From Candidatus Saccharimonadales bacterium (GTDB lineage: Bacteria > Patescibacteriota > Saccharimonadia > Saccharimonadales > OMJO01): a stretch of 64,000 bases of DNA. The translations under genes were made by a program, and so were the position numbers. The notes beneath the pieces were generated by a model that saw nothing but the letters and a program-made list of their open reading frames with translations, was not told where the DNA came from and searched no databases. Location: the NCBI GenBank assembly GCA_038213615.1, contig JBBQSV010000001.1:4032-68031 (forward strand). The letters run 5' to 3'. Positions 9,062-17,478 of the stretch are shown here, one piece after another; position 1 is the stretch's first letter, and every line of letters begins with the position of its first letter.

Positions 9062-9566
9062 CTATTTGTTTTTTTGGAGTTTTTATTTTTGTTGTTTCCA
9101 AGTTCATTGGGGAGTCTTTCTGATGTCTTTTGACGGACACTAGGAAACCCCAGATTCCTTGAAATAAGTTTGAGAGACTTATGTGAGGTGGAGTTTTGGG
9201 AGGTGTTTTAGTGTAAGGAGCGAGGGTTTTTATAAGGTGGTTACCCTATGACCACCTGTTGACTGCCGAATAGCTAACCTCGAGTTCTGGCACTTGTACC
9301 ATTTTGGCCTGCTTTCTAGCTTTGCTAGAAACTCTGCCAAAACTTTTGAAGTACTGCTGTGTCGACTGCTCCAGTGCTCCATCATCGTATTCATATACGA
9401 TTCAGTCCGCGCTTCGCAGTCTCCTTGCATTACTTGCAAATACAAAACCCAGTTTGTGAATGCGTGCGATCAAGCACAAAACTCACAAGTCCCTTCCCGT
9501 ATTGTGGAAAGTGACTGTTTTTTGCTATTTTTTGTTAATGAACGCTAGCGCGGTTGGTTCAGCTGG

Positions 9567-9926
9567 TTAGGCTGCACTAATCCGCCAGTAACGGCCAGCT
9601 CTCACGGCTACCACTTCGTGGTCTATCCCGGCGTAATCCAACAGATGTTGTTCGATAGTGATCCGACCCTGTTTTTGGTCTAGCTCACTATCAGTTTTGC
9701 CCGATCTAAACTGTACGTTCAAATCGGCCGTCCTCTCGTCCAGGATGCTGCCTTGGAGCTGAGGCTCTACCTGCTCTTGCCACACATTCTGTGGATACAA
9801 ATGCAGGTACTGTTGAAAACCGCGGGTTATCACTACCCCGCTAGCAAACTCGGCTCGAAGCTCAGCAGGTATGGTTAACCGCCGCTTGTCGTCAAGTTTC
9901 CTCTCGAAGTAATCTACCGTGGCCAT
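9567..9926 (-). CDS. mraZ: transcriptional regulator MraZ
   Basis: Two SpoVT/AbrB-like halves (DDKRRLTIPAELR and KQGRITIEQHLL). First gene of the dcw cluster. Confidence 0.85.
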   Translation of the reverse strand: MATVDYFERKLDDKRRLTIPAELRAEFASGVVITRGFQQYLHLYPQNVWQEQVEPQLQGSILDERTADLNVQFRSGKTDSELDQKQGRITIEQHLLDYAGIDHEVVAVRAGRYWRISAA

Positions 9927-10015
9927 AGTTATTGGTTTAAGCTGCTAGTGGTTTTTATTTTTTGCATGAATCTTATTCAGATTCACGAATGTTCGATAGT
10001 AGACTGTTTTTGGTC

Positions 10016-10063
10016 TACCCACGATTACCCACTGACATGAATATACTACCCACTGTTACCCAC
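10016..10063 (-). promoter_or_regulatory. MraZ-box operator array overlapping a candidate mraZ promoter
   Basis: Four direct GTGGGTA repeats on the minus strand (plus-strand TACCCAC at 10016, 10026, 10047, 10057), spaced 10-21-10 bp. A TTGCGT-18-TATATT promoter is interleaved with them. Confidence 0.6.
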
Positions 10064-10219
10064 ACGCAAGCAAATTAGCCTGTTTGCACAGAAAAAATGC
10101 TATTACTTATCCACAGGTCCGCCAGCCATTAGCACTTTGCGCTATATGTGGTGTCTTAGATTGTTTGTTTGACACAACGTCCAAACCGTTATTTGCCACG
10201 TTATAAATTTGGCTGGTAA

Positions 10220-11470
10220 CTACTTGAGGCTGGCAATCTTGCTGGCAAACCAGCGAGCACTAGGCCTAATGGTGCGCTTCATACCCCGTTGGCGATCTAC
10301 CTTAACCAAGCCAAACTTGGGCCACCAGCCCGTCGCCCACTCAAAGTTATCCAGTAAACTCCAGTAAAAATAACCCCTCAAATCCACACCTTCGCTGACG
10401 GCCCGCTCCATAGCCGTAATCGTTTCTTCTAACCACCAGCGCCGGTATTGATCGTGCTCGTCGGCCACACCACTTTCTGTAATAAAGATTGGCTTTTTAT
10501 AATGAGCCCAGGTTCTGAGTAGTAGTGGATAAAGCCCTTCGGGTTCCATGTACCAGCCCATGTCGCTGGTGGGAACTTTGGGATTTTGCATCTTGAAGAA
10601 TTCGGTGTAATAGTCAGAAAAATAATAGTTAAAGCCCACAAAATCCTGCGAGCCCCGAATCCGGTTTAGGATAAACCAGTTCCAACCATAGCGCATCACC
10701 TGCACCGACAGTTCATCGGCTATATTGCGGGGGTGCTTGGCCTGAATGTTAGATAGCTGAGTAGCTACCCCAACCTGCAAACTGGGCTTATGTTTCTTTA
10801 GTATTTTGTAAGCCCGTTTGTGGGCAGTTATCAGGTTCCATAGAACTCTGGTGCCAGCAATAAAGCTCTTTTCTTGTGGTGGCCACTGCCCTGTTATATA
10901 GCTGAAACTAGCATAAACATTGGGTTCATTTATGGTTAACACGTAGTTCAGATCTTTGGCGTATTCTTGCGCTACTTTGTGTACAAAGCGCTCAAAATAT
11001 TTTAGGTTACTACGTTTTTTGAACCCACCCTTTTCGCTGAACCACACCGGCATGGTCCAGTGCCAAATGTTCATAAATGGCTCTAGCCCTTTGCGCTTCA
11101 GTTCGTGTACGTACATCCGATAGTGCTCCACTGCATCTTCGTCCCACTGGCCTTCTATTGGTTCGATCCGCGACCATTCCAGCCCAAACCTAAATGCATT
11201 CATGTTCAGTTTTTTGGCTATGGCAAAGTCTTCGCGGAAGTATTTAATATGCTCTACCCCCCGTCCAGACACGTAGTTAGCCGGATCCTCGGCTCGTTCA
11301 CGAATGTCTTGCCAATTTGATAATTGGCCCCAGCGTTCCTTCGCAGTTTTGGCTTGTTGTTTGGCGTGAGCTAATTCCCAAATAGACCACTGATTAACAG
11401 CGTTGCCCTCTACTTGGTGGGCTGCCGTGCTGACACCCCAATAAAACTTTTTTGGAAATAATTTAGCCAT
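10220..11470 (-). CDS. glycoside hydrolase family 1 (beta-glucosidase-like)
   Basis: Acid/base TINEPNV motif and nucleophile ITESG motif; N-terminus MAKLFPKKFYWGVSTAAHQVEG. ATG 11470 is chosen; ORF-track start 11572 overlaps the NYN gene. Confidence 0.9.
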   Translation of the reverse strand: MAKLFPKKFYWGVSTAAHQVEGNAVNQWSIWELAHAKQQAKTAKERWGQLSNWQDIRERAEDPANYVSGRGVEHIKYFREDFAIAKKLNMNAFRFGLEWSRIEPIEGQWDEDAVEHYRMYVHELKRKGLEPFMNIWHWTMPVWFSEKGGFKKRSNLKYFERFVHKVAQEYAKDLNYVLTINEPNVYASFSYITGQWPPQEKSFIAGTRVLWNLITAHKRAYKILKKHKPSLQVGVATQLSNIQAKHPRNIADELSVQVMRYGWNWFILNRIRGSQDFVGFNYYFSDYYTEFFKMQNPKVPTSDMGWYMEPEGLYPLLLRTWAHYKKPIFITESGVADEHDQYRRWWLEETITAMERAVSEGVDLRGYFYWSLLDNFEWATGWWPKFGLVKVDRQRGMKRTIRPSARWFASKIASLK

Positions 11471-11501
11471 TAGCTTAATTATACCCCGTTGTCCTAGAAG
11501 T

Positions 11502-12092
11502 TTACTGCGCTGGTTTTTTGCGGTGGAAGGTTCGGTACTGCAATTGTTGGCGTTTTTGATCCAAACGCACAATGTACTGATCGAATGGTTTTAGTAGTGT
11601 GGAATACTGCCAGTTGGGTGTCAGCAACTTAGCTAGTTTACCCTGCTGTAGTAGATACTCCGCCAAGCAGTAAAAATCACCATCGCCAGAAACTATCACG
11701 GCTTTAGAGTAATGTGGCATTTCTTTGACGGCCCATAGCACCAGCTCGGCATCAATATTGCCTTTGACCTGAGATTTCCTGGCAACATCTGGGTCATCAG
11801 TTGGTTTGGCTGGTTCAGTGCTAGGGTTGAGGGGCTTGCTAGTATCTACCGTTGGTTTTAGTACCACCAAATAACCGGCCTCGTGAATCTGCTCATATAA
11901 CTTTTCGTTTTCGACAATGTAGCCAATAAACATATAGGCTTTAGTCACGCCGTATTCGCTGGCCAAAAATTGGCGGAATTTGCGCCAGTCCATCTTCCAG
12001 CCCATTTTCTGGACTCCTAGATTTAGATTCTGGCTATCGATAAAGGCGTAAACGCCCTGGGGTTGATTCTTGTTTCTTTTTATAAATGCCAT
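11502..12092 (-). CDS. NYN (LabA-like, PIN-fold) domain protein
   Basis: YAFIDSQNLNLG and VSGDGDFYCL motifs typical of NYN/DUF88. Confidence 0.8.
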   Translation of the reverse strand: MAFIKRNKNQPQGVYAFIDSQNLNLGVQKMGWKMDWRKFRQFLASEYGVTKAYMFIGYIVENEKLYEQIHEAGYLVVLKPTVDTSKPLNPSTEPAKPTDDPDVARKSQVKGNIDAELVLWAVKEMPHYSKAVIVSGDGDFYCLAEYLLQQGKLAKLLTPNWQYSTLLKPFDQYIVRLDQKRQQLQYRTFHRKKPAQ

Positions 12093-12147
12093 AAAGGTTC
12101 CCTACGAGCATACACCCGTTGATTAATATCATGAAATTGCTGAGTCT

Positions 12148-12489
12148 TTAATAATCGGCTGGTACAAAGCCACTTAGTACCGCTCGCTCCTCATCGACCC
12201 ACGAGCACTGGCCAACCGAAATCGTTGCCAAGATTTGCCGCAGTTCTAGTTGGCCACTTTCAAAGGCAAGTCTTGGACAGCCCTCTGGTGATTCCTGAAA
12301 TCTAAAACGCCGCACTTGCGCTAATTGTGAAAAGACCGGGCTATCAAAACTTGCACCTGGATTATCGGCAGCCCAGCCAGCAAACCTGAGACACCCAGCA
12401 CACCTTTGTTCATCGACGGTAAAACTGTCGTCGAGTGTACCAAACACTGGCGCCAGTGGTTCACGTATGCCGTTGGATTCACATGTCAT
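12148..12489 (-). CDS. hypothetical protein, 113 aa, no lysine
   Basis: Only long ORF in this interval. AGGGAAG sits 5 nt upstream of the ATG and a TATAAT lies further upstream. Contains a CAGC motif. No family recognised. Confidence 0.55.
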   Translation of the reverse strand: MTCESNGIREPLAPVFGTLDDSFTVDEQRCAGCLRFAGWAADNPGASFDSPVFSQLAQVRRFRFQESPEGCPRLAFESGQLELRQILATISVGQCSWVDEERAVLSGFVPADY

Positions 12490-12541
12490 AAAACTTCCCT
12501 GTGCTAACTGGCATATTATATCCTAAATAAGGCTATCCAAC

Positions 12542-13387
12542 CTAGAACAGCTGACCCTGAACGGCTGACTCGGCCTCAATCTCTGGCCTGACAGAATTAG
12601 TGACCACGGCCGAAAAGCCAGTGGCAAATTCCCCAACGTTCCTAGTGGCAACAGCCATTTTTATCCCCCTTAGAAATCGTTCTTGATCGGTGCTATCTGT
12701 GAGCGGACCCACATCAAACATCCAAGCTACCACCCCTTCTAACAATTCGGGTCGGCCAGCCAATACTCCAACTTCGTAACAGATTGATTTGGCAGCTTCT
12801 AAGGCCGAGTAATTTTTGGACGCTTTGCCCTGTGCATGGGCATCACCATGAAGAGTTTCGCACATGAACGCGATGTCTTGCGGGTCCTGGCTGATCACAC
12901 ACAGCCGGCAAAATTCACTTACTAAATCATTGCTTGCCGCAACGGGCGTGCCGGTGGCTTGGCCGTTATTTAACTCCTTGTGGTACCTCCCCACATAATC
13001 CCTGGCTTGGGCTATGTCGGACTCAAAACCTGGTCGATTACCATAGATGCTAGCCAAACTTAAAGCCGAGCGACAGACATTTATTGGCTGTTGGTCTTCT
13101 GGGAGGCTAACTAAATGCCGCCAAAGTCTGGTGGCCTCACAGTGTAGCGCGTAGAGGTCGGCTGCCCTGGCTCTAGCTGGCAAAGCTTGGGCACTAGCCG
13201 CCACTGCATCTAGCCTTGCCATCACATCCTTTGCAGGCAAACTGGCCACATTCAGCTCGCCACCATAAGTTATTGCCGTAGCCATAAAATTGGCACGGCC
13301 CACAGGATCTGTAGGATCCATATTATCGATTCCTGCCGTGCCCCCACCGAACAAGCCCGGCTGGGCCTCCATGCCTTTACTTATCAT
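12542..13387 (-). CDS. hypothetical protein, 281 aa, Lys-poor and predicted helical
   Basis: An 846-nt ORF with no competing frame. A promoter -10 box lies 7 nt from the ATG (see 13395-13423). Confidence 0.65.
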   Translation of the reverse strand: MISKGMEAQPGLFGGGTAGIDNMDPTDPVGRANFMATAITYGGELNVASLPAKDVMARLDAVAASAQALPARARAADLYALHCEATRLWRHLVSLPEDQQPINVCRSALSLASIYGNRPGFESDIAQARDYVGRYHKELNNGQATGTPVAASNDLVSEFCRLCVISQDPQDIAFMCETLHGDAHAQGKASKNYSALEAAKSICYEVGVLAGRPELLEGVVAWMFDVGPLTDSTDQERFLRGIKMAVATRNVGEFATGFSAVVTNSVRPEIEAESAVQGQLF

Positions 13388-13394
13388 CTGTAAG

Positions 13395-13423
13395 ATTATA
13401 TAGCCAACGCTGGCTTGCTACAA
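13395..13423 (-). promoter_or_regulatory. candidate promoter (TTGTAG-17-TATAAT) giving a leaderless mRNA
   Basis: The -10 box ends 7 nt before ATG 13387. The -35 box abuts the stop of the upstream VOC gene. Confidence 0.45.
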
Positions 13424-13801
13424 CTATTTACCGGCTGAACCTAGTCCTAAAACGTTGCCATCTGGATCTTTGAACCAGGCGGCCTTCATTGGCCCCATAA
13501 CTGCTACGTCACCCTGCCAACTGCCGCCAGGCAAATCATAATGTTCAAAGTTGACGCCCTTGCCTTTTAAGTCGGCGACTACAGCCTCAATGTCAGCTAC
13601 TTCCCAGGTGGCGCAGGTGGCCTGACCGCTGCCTGCCGTTGGTGACTGATAAACAAACACCTTACCCGTCCCGGACGCGTAGGCCGCACCGGCCATGTTC
13701 TCGTCAGTTTGTTTTAGTCCCAAAGTTTCACCATAAAACTTTTTACCCGCAGCGATGTCTTTGACCGCTATGTTCGAAAATATTGTTGAATCTGCTAACA
13801 T
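13424..13801 (-). CDS. VOC (glyoxalase/bleomycin-resistance) family protein
   Basis: N-terminal ...IAVKDIAAGKKFYGETLGLK and C-terminal FKDPDGNVLGL, typical of the VOC fold. Confidence 0.8.
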   Translation of the reverse strand: MLADSTIFSNIAVKDIAAGKKFYGETLGLKQTDENMAGAAYASGTGKVFVYQSPTAGSGQATCATWEVADIEAVVADLKGKGVNFEHYDLPGGSWQGDVAVMGPMKAAWFKDPDGNVLGLGSAGK

Positions 13802-13836
13802 GCTACCCTCCTAATTTTACAAACCTAATTATACAT

Positions 13837-14568
13837 CTACCTATATTCTGGGTTTTCAAAATCAAATCTGGCACCGGCATCCCACTCGCTGCGTTGGTTG
13901 CCCTGGGCCGGGATGCCACCACTGCTTTTTAGCATTTTGGCTAGGTGCATTAGGTTCCAAGTCATGAACGTGGTGTTGCGATTAGTAAAGTCATTGTCTA
14001 GCCCCGCCCTAGTGCCATCGTCTAATTTGTCGCCGTAACTGGGGCCTGGACCAGCCTCGCCTATCCAACCAGCATCGGCTTGTGGTGGTATGGTGTAGCC
14101 CAAATGACCTAGACTGTACAGCACGTTCATGGCACAGTGTTTGACACCGTCTTCATTGCCAGTAATCAAACAACCGCCCACCTTGCCATAGTCGGCATAT
14201 TGCCCTGCTTTGTTTAAAATGTGCGAATTTGCATACAGCCGCTCAATCACCTTTTTCATTTCAGAACTATTGTCACCCAGCCAAATTGGGCCACACAAAA
14301 CCACAATGTCAGCAGCCTGAACTTTTTTATAAATAACCGGCCATTCGTCTGACTTCCAACCGTGTTCTGTCATGTCTGGGTAAATACCGGTGGCGACATC
14401 ATGGTCTATTAGCCGAATAACCTCTGTATCCACACCCTGCTTGTCCATGATCTTTTTGCTGACGTTTATTAATAATTCTGTGTGGCTAGGTGCCGGTGAC
14501 TTGGTTAGCGTGCAGTTAAAGTAGATCGCCTTTAGTCCGCCAAAATCCCATTTTTTGTCATCAGCCAT
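13837..14568 (-). CDS. flavodoxin-like fold NAD(P)H-dependent FMN reductase family protein
   Basis: Rossmann-like start (IYFNCTLTKSP) and ADIVVLCGPIWLGDNSS segment, typical of the family. Confidence 0.7.
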   Translation of the reverse strand: MADDKKWDFGGLKAIYFNCTLTKSPAPSHTELLINVSKKIMDKQGVDTEVIRLIDHDVATGIYPDMTEHGWKSDEWPVIYKKVQAADIVVLCGPIWLGDNSSEMKKVIERLYANSHILNKAGQYADYGKVGGCLITGNEDGVKHCAMNVLYSLGHLGYTIPPQADAGWIGEAGPGPSYGDKLDDGTRAGLDNDFTNRNTTFMTWNLMHLAKMLKSSGGIPAQGNQRSEWDAGARFDFENPEYR

Positions 14569-14627
14569 AATTCCCCCTTATTTAATCCTTAAATCATAAC
14601 ACCGCAGCCATAGTACCGGCATTCCGG

Positions 14628-15005
14628 CTACATAAGTTTAGTGTCATCAAAGACCTTGGCCTGCATATTCACGAATTCTGGCACCAGCACCGCATAAACA
14701 TTCGCTACTAGTTGGTGAAAGTCAGTATTGTTTGGTGCCAGTCTTTTAGCCTCGTCTACTGCCTTTTGAATAACCGCTGCCTGGCGCTTAGGGGCCAGAA
14801 CTTCACCCGCTGTTTGCTTAAACAATGTGGCATCCATCACAAACGGCAAGCGCTCTAGTAGTAGCTGTACTAGTTTGGCATCTACTTCGTCTAGCCCCGC
14901 CCTGACTTCCAATAAATCCTTGGCAGTTGCCTGTGTGCCATCTGCCCAAACACGTACCGGCCCATTTGTAGCATCTGGTTCCGCCGAGATAATAGTCTGG
15001 TTCAT
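14628..15005 (-). CDS. AroQ-type chorismate mutase-like protein
   Basis: VRAGLDEVDAKLVQLLLERL...K...APKRQ matches the R..ID.iD..ll.LL..R...K...R pattern of CM type 2. Confidence 0.5.
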   Translation of the reverse strand: MNQTIISAEPDATNGPVRVWADGTQATAKDLLEVRAGLDEVDAKLVQLLLERLPFVMDATLFKQTAGEVLAPKRQAAVIQKAVDEAKRLAPNNTDFHQLVANVYAVLVPEFVNMQAKVFDDTKLM

Positions 15006-15490
15006 TATGGATTAACAGTTTCGACGGTCACTAATTTGCTAACTGCTGCCAATTCTTCATCGCTAAATGGCGCTATGAATATTAATACAAATCCGTCTGG
15101 ATCTCGCAAAGCTACTTCTATACTACCCCAGTAATATTTGCGCACTGGGAATTTAATAACGTCTTTACACTGCTCTAAAACTGGAACGATACTTTTGACC
15201 CGAACCATGGCCGATATTTTGCCGGATGTAATTTGCTGGCCAAAGACTTCTGGTTTGGCAGCGATGTGACCATCGGCAATCTCGAGCTCCGCGCCATCTG
15301 CCAACTTATAAGTCACGCCTTGATATTTTTCCGGTGCGGATGGGCAGCCGTCTGGTAATGTCTTACGATATTCTTCTGACCCATAACCAAATATAGGCGT
15401 AAAGCCTAAGCCCTCATAAAACGCCCGTGATTTTTTGATGTCTTTTACTTTTACGTGTACCCCAACACCAGTGAATTCAAGCTTTGCCAT
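15005..15490 (-). CDS. VOC (glyoxalase) family protein
   Basis: VHVKVKDIKKSRAFYEGLGF near the N-terminus and RDPDGFVLIF near the C-terminus. Confidence 0.75.
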   Translation of the reverse strand: MAKLEFTGVGVHVKVKDIKKSRAFYEGLGFTPIFGYGSEEYRKTLPDGCPSAPEKYQGVTYKLADGAELEIADGHIAAKPEVFGQQITSGKISAMVRVKSIVPVLEQCKDVIKFPVRKYYWGSIEVALRDPDGFVLIFIAPFSDEELAAVSKLVTVETVNP

Positions 15491-15506
15491 AATTTACTCC
15501 TTTACT

Positions 15507-16214
15507 CTAGTCTAGCACCGATTTAAAAAACTTGGTTGTTGCACTGATCCTAAACATGTTTCTAACAATTGCTGGGGCGTGTCCTAGCCGATCAAAAACA
15601 ATCAGTTTCATGTCTAGACCCGCTTTTTGCCAGGCACTCAAGTTTTTATAAACCCTATCAAACGTGATTGTTCTGTCGGCCCTAGAGTTCATAAACAATA
15701 ATCTTTTGTCTTTGAACCTGGTGGGGTCAGGACTAATCTCGTAAGCCTGCCAGGCTTTTTGTAGGTCGTTAAAGCTGTAGCCATTTTTTACAAAACCCGC
15801 CTTTTGATGGGCAAGCAAAGGATTATTCCAAATCGTATCCCGCAACGGTGCAGCCCCACTGTTAAACATGCCGGTACGGATATTATTTTGGTCCAAAATA
15901 TTCAAGCCCATAAAGACCCCCAAACTAACTCCGTAAACCCCAGCTACCTTGTGAGTTTTTTGATCGGCCCTAACAACGTCTGAAATCTTTTGAATAGCAC
16001 CAATAATAATTTGTGGGTTACCATCATTCAGCACTGAATCGTCATATTCAAAAGCCACTACTCTAAACCCCAGCCGAACCAAAACCTTAATATGTGGTTG
16101 GTATTGCCCTAGCCTGCCCGTGAAACCCAGTATGTAATAAATAGTTGGCTTTGTTTCTTTGCCATAGGTTTTGTGATTAACTAACCGGTTTCTTGTTTGT
16201 CCAGCAATTTTCAT
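15507..16214 (-). CDS. alpha/beta hydrolase
   Basis: GxSxG nucleophile elbow (GVSLG) and a C-terminal DRLGHAP His motif. Confidence 0.7.
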   Translation of the reverse strand: MKIAGQTRNRLVNHKTYGKETKPTIYYILGFTGRLGQYQPHIKVLVRLGFRVVAFEYDDSVLNDGNPQIIIGAIQKISDVVRADQKTHKVAGVYGVSLGVFMGLNILDQNNIRTGMFNSGAAPLRDTIWNNPLLAHQKAGFVKNGYSFNDLQKAWQAYEISPDPTRFKDKRLLFMNSRADRTITFDRVYKNLSAWQKAGLDMKLIVFDRLGHAPAIVRNMFRISATTKFFKSVLD

Positions 16215-16246
16215 TCTGTCTCAAGTCTATCATGCGCTAAACCCAC

Positions 16247-16897
16247 TCAGTACTGGACAGCCGTAACAAGATCATCGGGTTTACGGAGGACTAACGACAA
16301 CTCATCACTGGGGGTTTTGCAGACTAGGGTCACAGCATCACTGGCTTTTACATGGTGGAACTCATTTTTTGGACCCATCCCATAAGTCTCACCCATCATT
16401 AATTCTTGAGGTTCAAAATGACTGACAGCTACTGTAGCATCGGTTACCTGCTCTAGATGGTTGTTGCCACCGGCATCCACTCGTGTCTCATAGCCTATAT
16501 AACCCTCACCATTGACAACCGCCTGACTAAAATCGGGGTACTCAGGCACATTGGTAAGCCGACCGGCCACAACTCCAGATACAAAACTAAATCCATGACT
16601 ATGGATGTCGTCCTTTATCCTTGCACCCGGTGGATAAATATCTGCCCTGGCCACACCAGTTAGCCAGGCAGTTTCTAGACCCTTATCCCTCGGCGATAAA
16701 TACACTACTCTAAAACCCAGTGGGTGTATCCTGGTTTCAAAACCAGCTTTGGCCGAAGCCTCAATGATGTCCTTTGCTGGGTCAACCAAGCCAAGAGCCC
16801 ACTCAAAAAACCTTTCAAAATTAGCTTCGATAGATTCGCGCTGATTATATTGCGGAAGTTTTATGGAAATACGTCCACTCATGTCATCTTGATCCAA
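16247..16897 (-). CDS. hypothetical protein (possible cupin-like beta fold)
   Basis: Single long ORF; the only hint is the His-rich segment DDIHSHGFSF. Confidence 0.55.
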   Translation of the reverse strand: MDQDDMSGRISIKLPQYNQRESIEANFERFFEWALGLVDPAKDIIEASAKAGFETRIHPLGFRVVYLSPRDKGLETAWLTGVARADIYPPGARIKDDIHSHGFSFVSGVVAGRLTNVPEYPDFSQAVVNGEGYIGYETRVDAGGNNHLEQVTDATVAVSHFEPQELMMGETYGMGPKNEFHHVKASDAVTLVCKTPSDELSLVLRKPDDLVTAVQY

Positions 16898-16908
16898 TTG
16901 TAGCAGTT

Positions 16909-17472
16909 TTATCTTACGTAGGTGGCTATGATTATTGATATGTCAAAGCTCAAAAAATAAACTGCCTGGTATATCAAGAATTTGTCGGACGTGTAATTGT
17001 TTTTACGTAGTTCAGCCCCAGTAACTAGCATTATCAATAGCCCAAAAATCATAAAGACTCTGGCAAAAGTACCAATGTGATTGTTGGCGACCATAATGAC
17101 CATTGCTGGCACCAACAACATAGATGCAGCTAGTGCTGCTCTCCTGTGAATTTTGTGCGCCAGGCCTTTAGTGTCAGGTACAACTCCAGCAACAAAATAC
17201 AAAAACCATATCACTGCAATAAGCACATTAAATACCCAGCCAAAATGAAACGTAGGCGTAAACCACTTTATAAAGAAAACGAGCAAAAGAGGCGCTACGA
17301 GCAAACTGATTACCCCAAAGAAAACAGAGACTTTTTTGTTGGCTGCTATGTGGCCACTTATTGATGTGGACTTATCTATCTTTAGCCGCCACACTAAGAT
17401 ACTAATGAAGGCCCAGAAAAACCCCAACGACAGGACGGCTAGATTTTTGTAACTTTCAACCGACAAACTCAT
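16909..17472 (-). CDS. integral membrane protein, function unknown
   Basis: Five to six hydrophobic helices; no motif recognised. Confidence 0.6.
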   Translation of the reverse strand: MSLSVESYKNLAVLSLGFFWAFISILVWRLKIDKSTSISGHIAANKKVSVFFGVISLLVAPLLLVFFIKWFTPTFHFGWVFNVLIAVIWFLYFVAGVVPDTKGLAHKIHRRAALAASMLLVPAMVIMVANNHIGTFARVFMIFGLLIMLVTGAELRKNNYTSDKFLIYQAVYFLSFDISIIIATYVR

Positions 17473-17478
17473 CTTAGT

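Noticed and set aside
9230-9548. ORFs 9230-9445 (minus, 71 aa) and 9294-9548 (plus, 84 aa) in the mraZ-rsmH gap as real genes.
   Set aside because: They are mutually antisense, have no properly spaced Shine-Dalgarno, show odd composition (Cys/His/Ser-rich) and carry no motif. The region is treated as non-coding or unknown (see the finding on this gap).
10107-10115. A perfect DnaA box TTATCCACA upstream of the mraZ promoter, and a one-mismatch box TTTTCCACA at 1265-1273. Considered as oriC.
   Set aside because: These are single isolated boxes, which are expected about once by chance in 2 x 64 kb. There is no cluster, no AT-rich unwinding element, and no dnaA or dnaN nearby.
12542-13387. An Rx6H (RDYVGRYH) motif in the 281-aa orphan as a HEPN RNase signature.
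   Set aside because: A single short motif in a helical protein is far too weak. No supporting conserved context could be verified without profile or structure searches.
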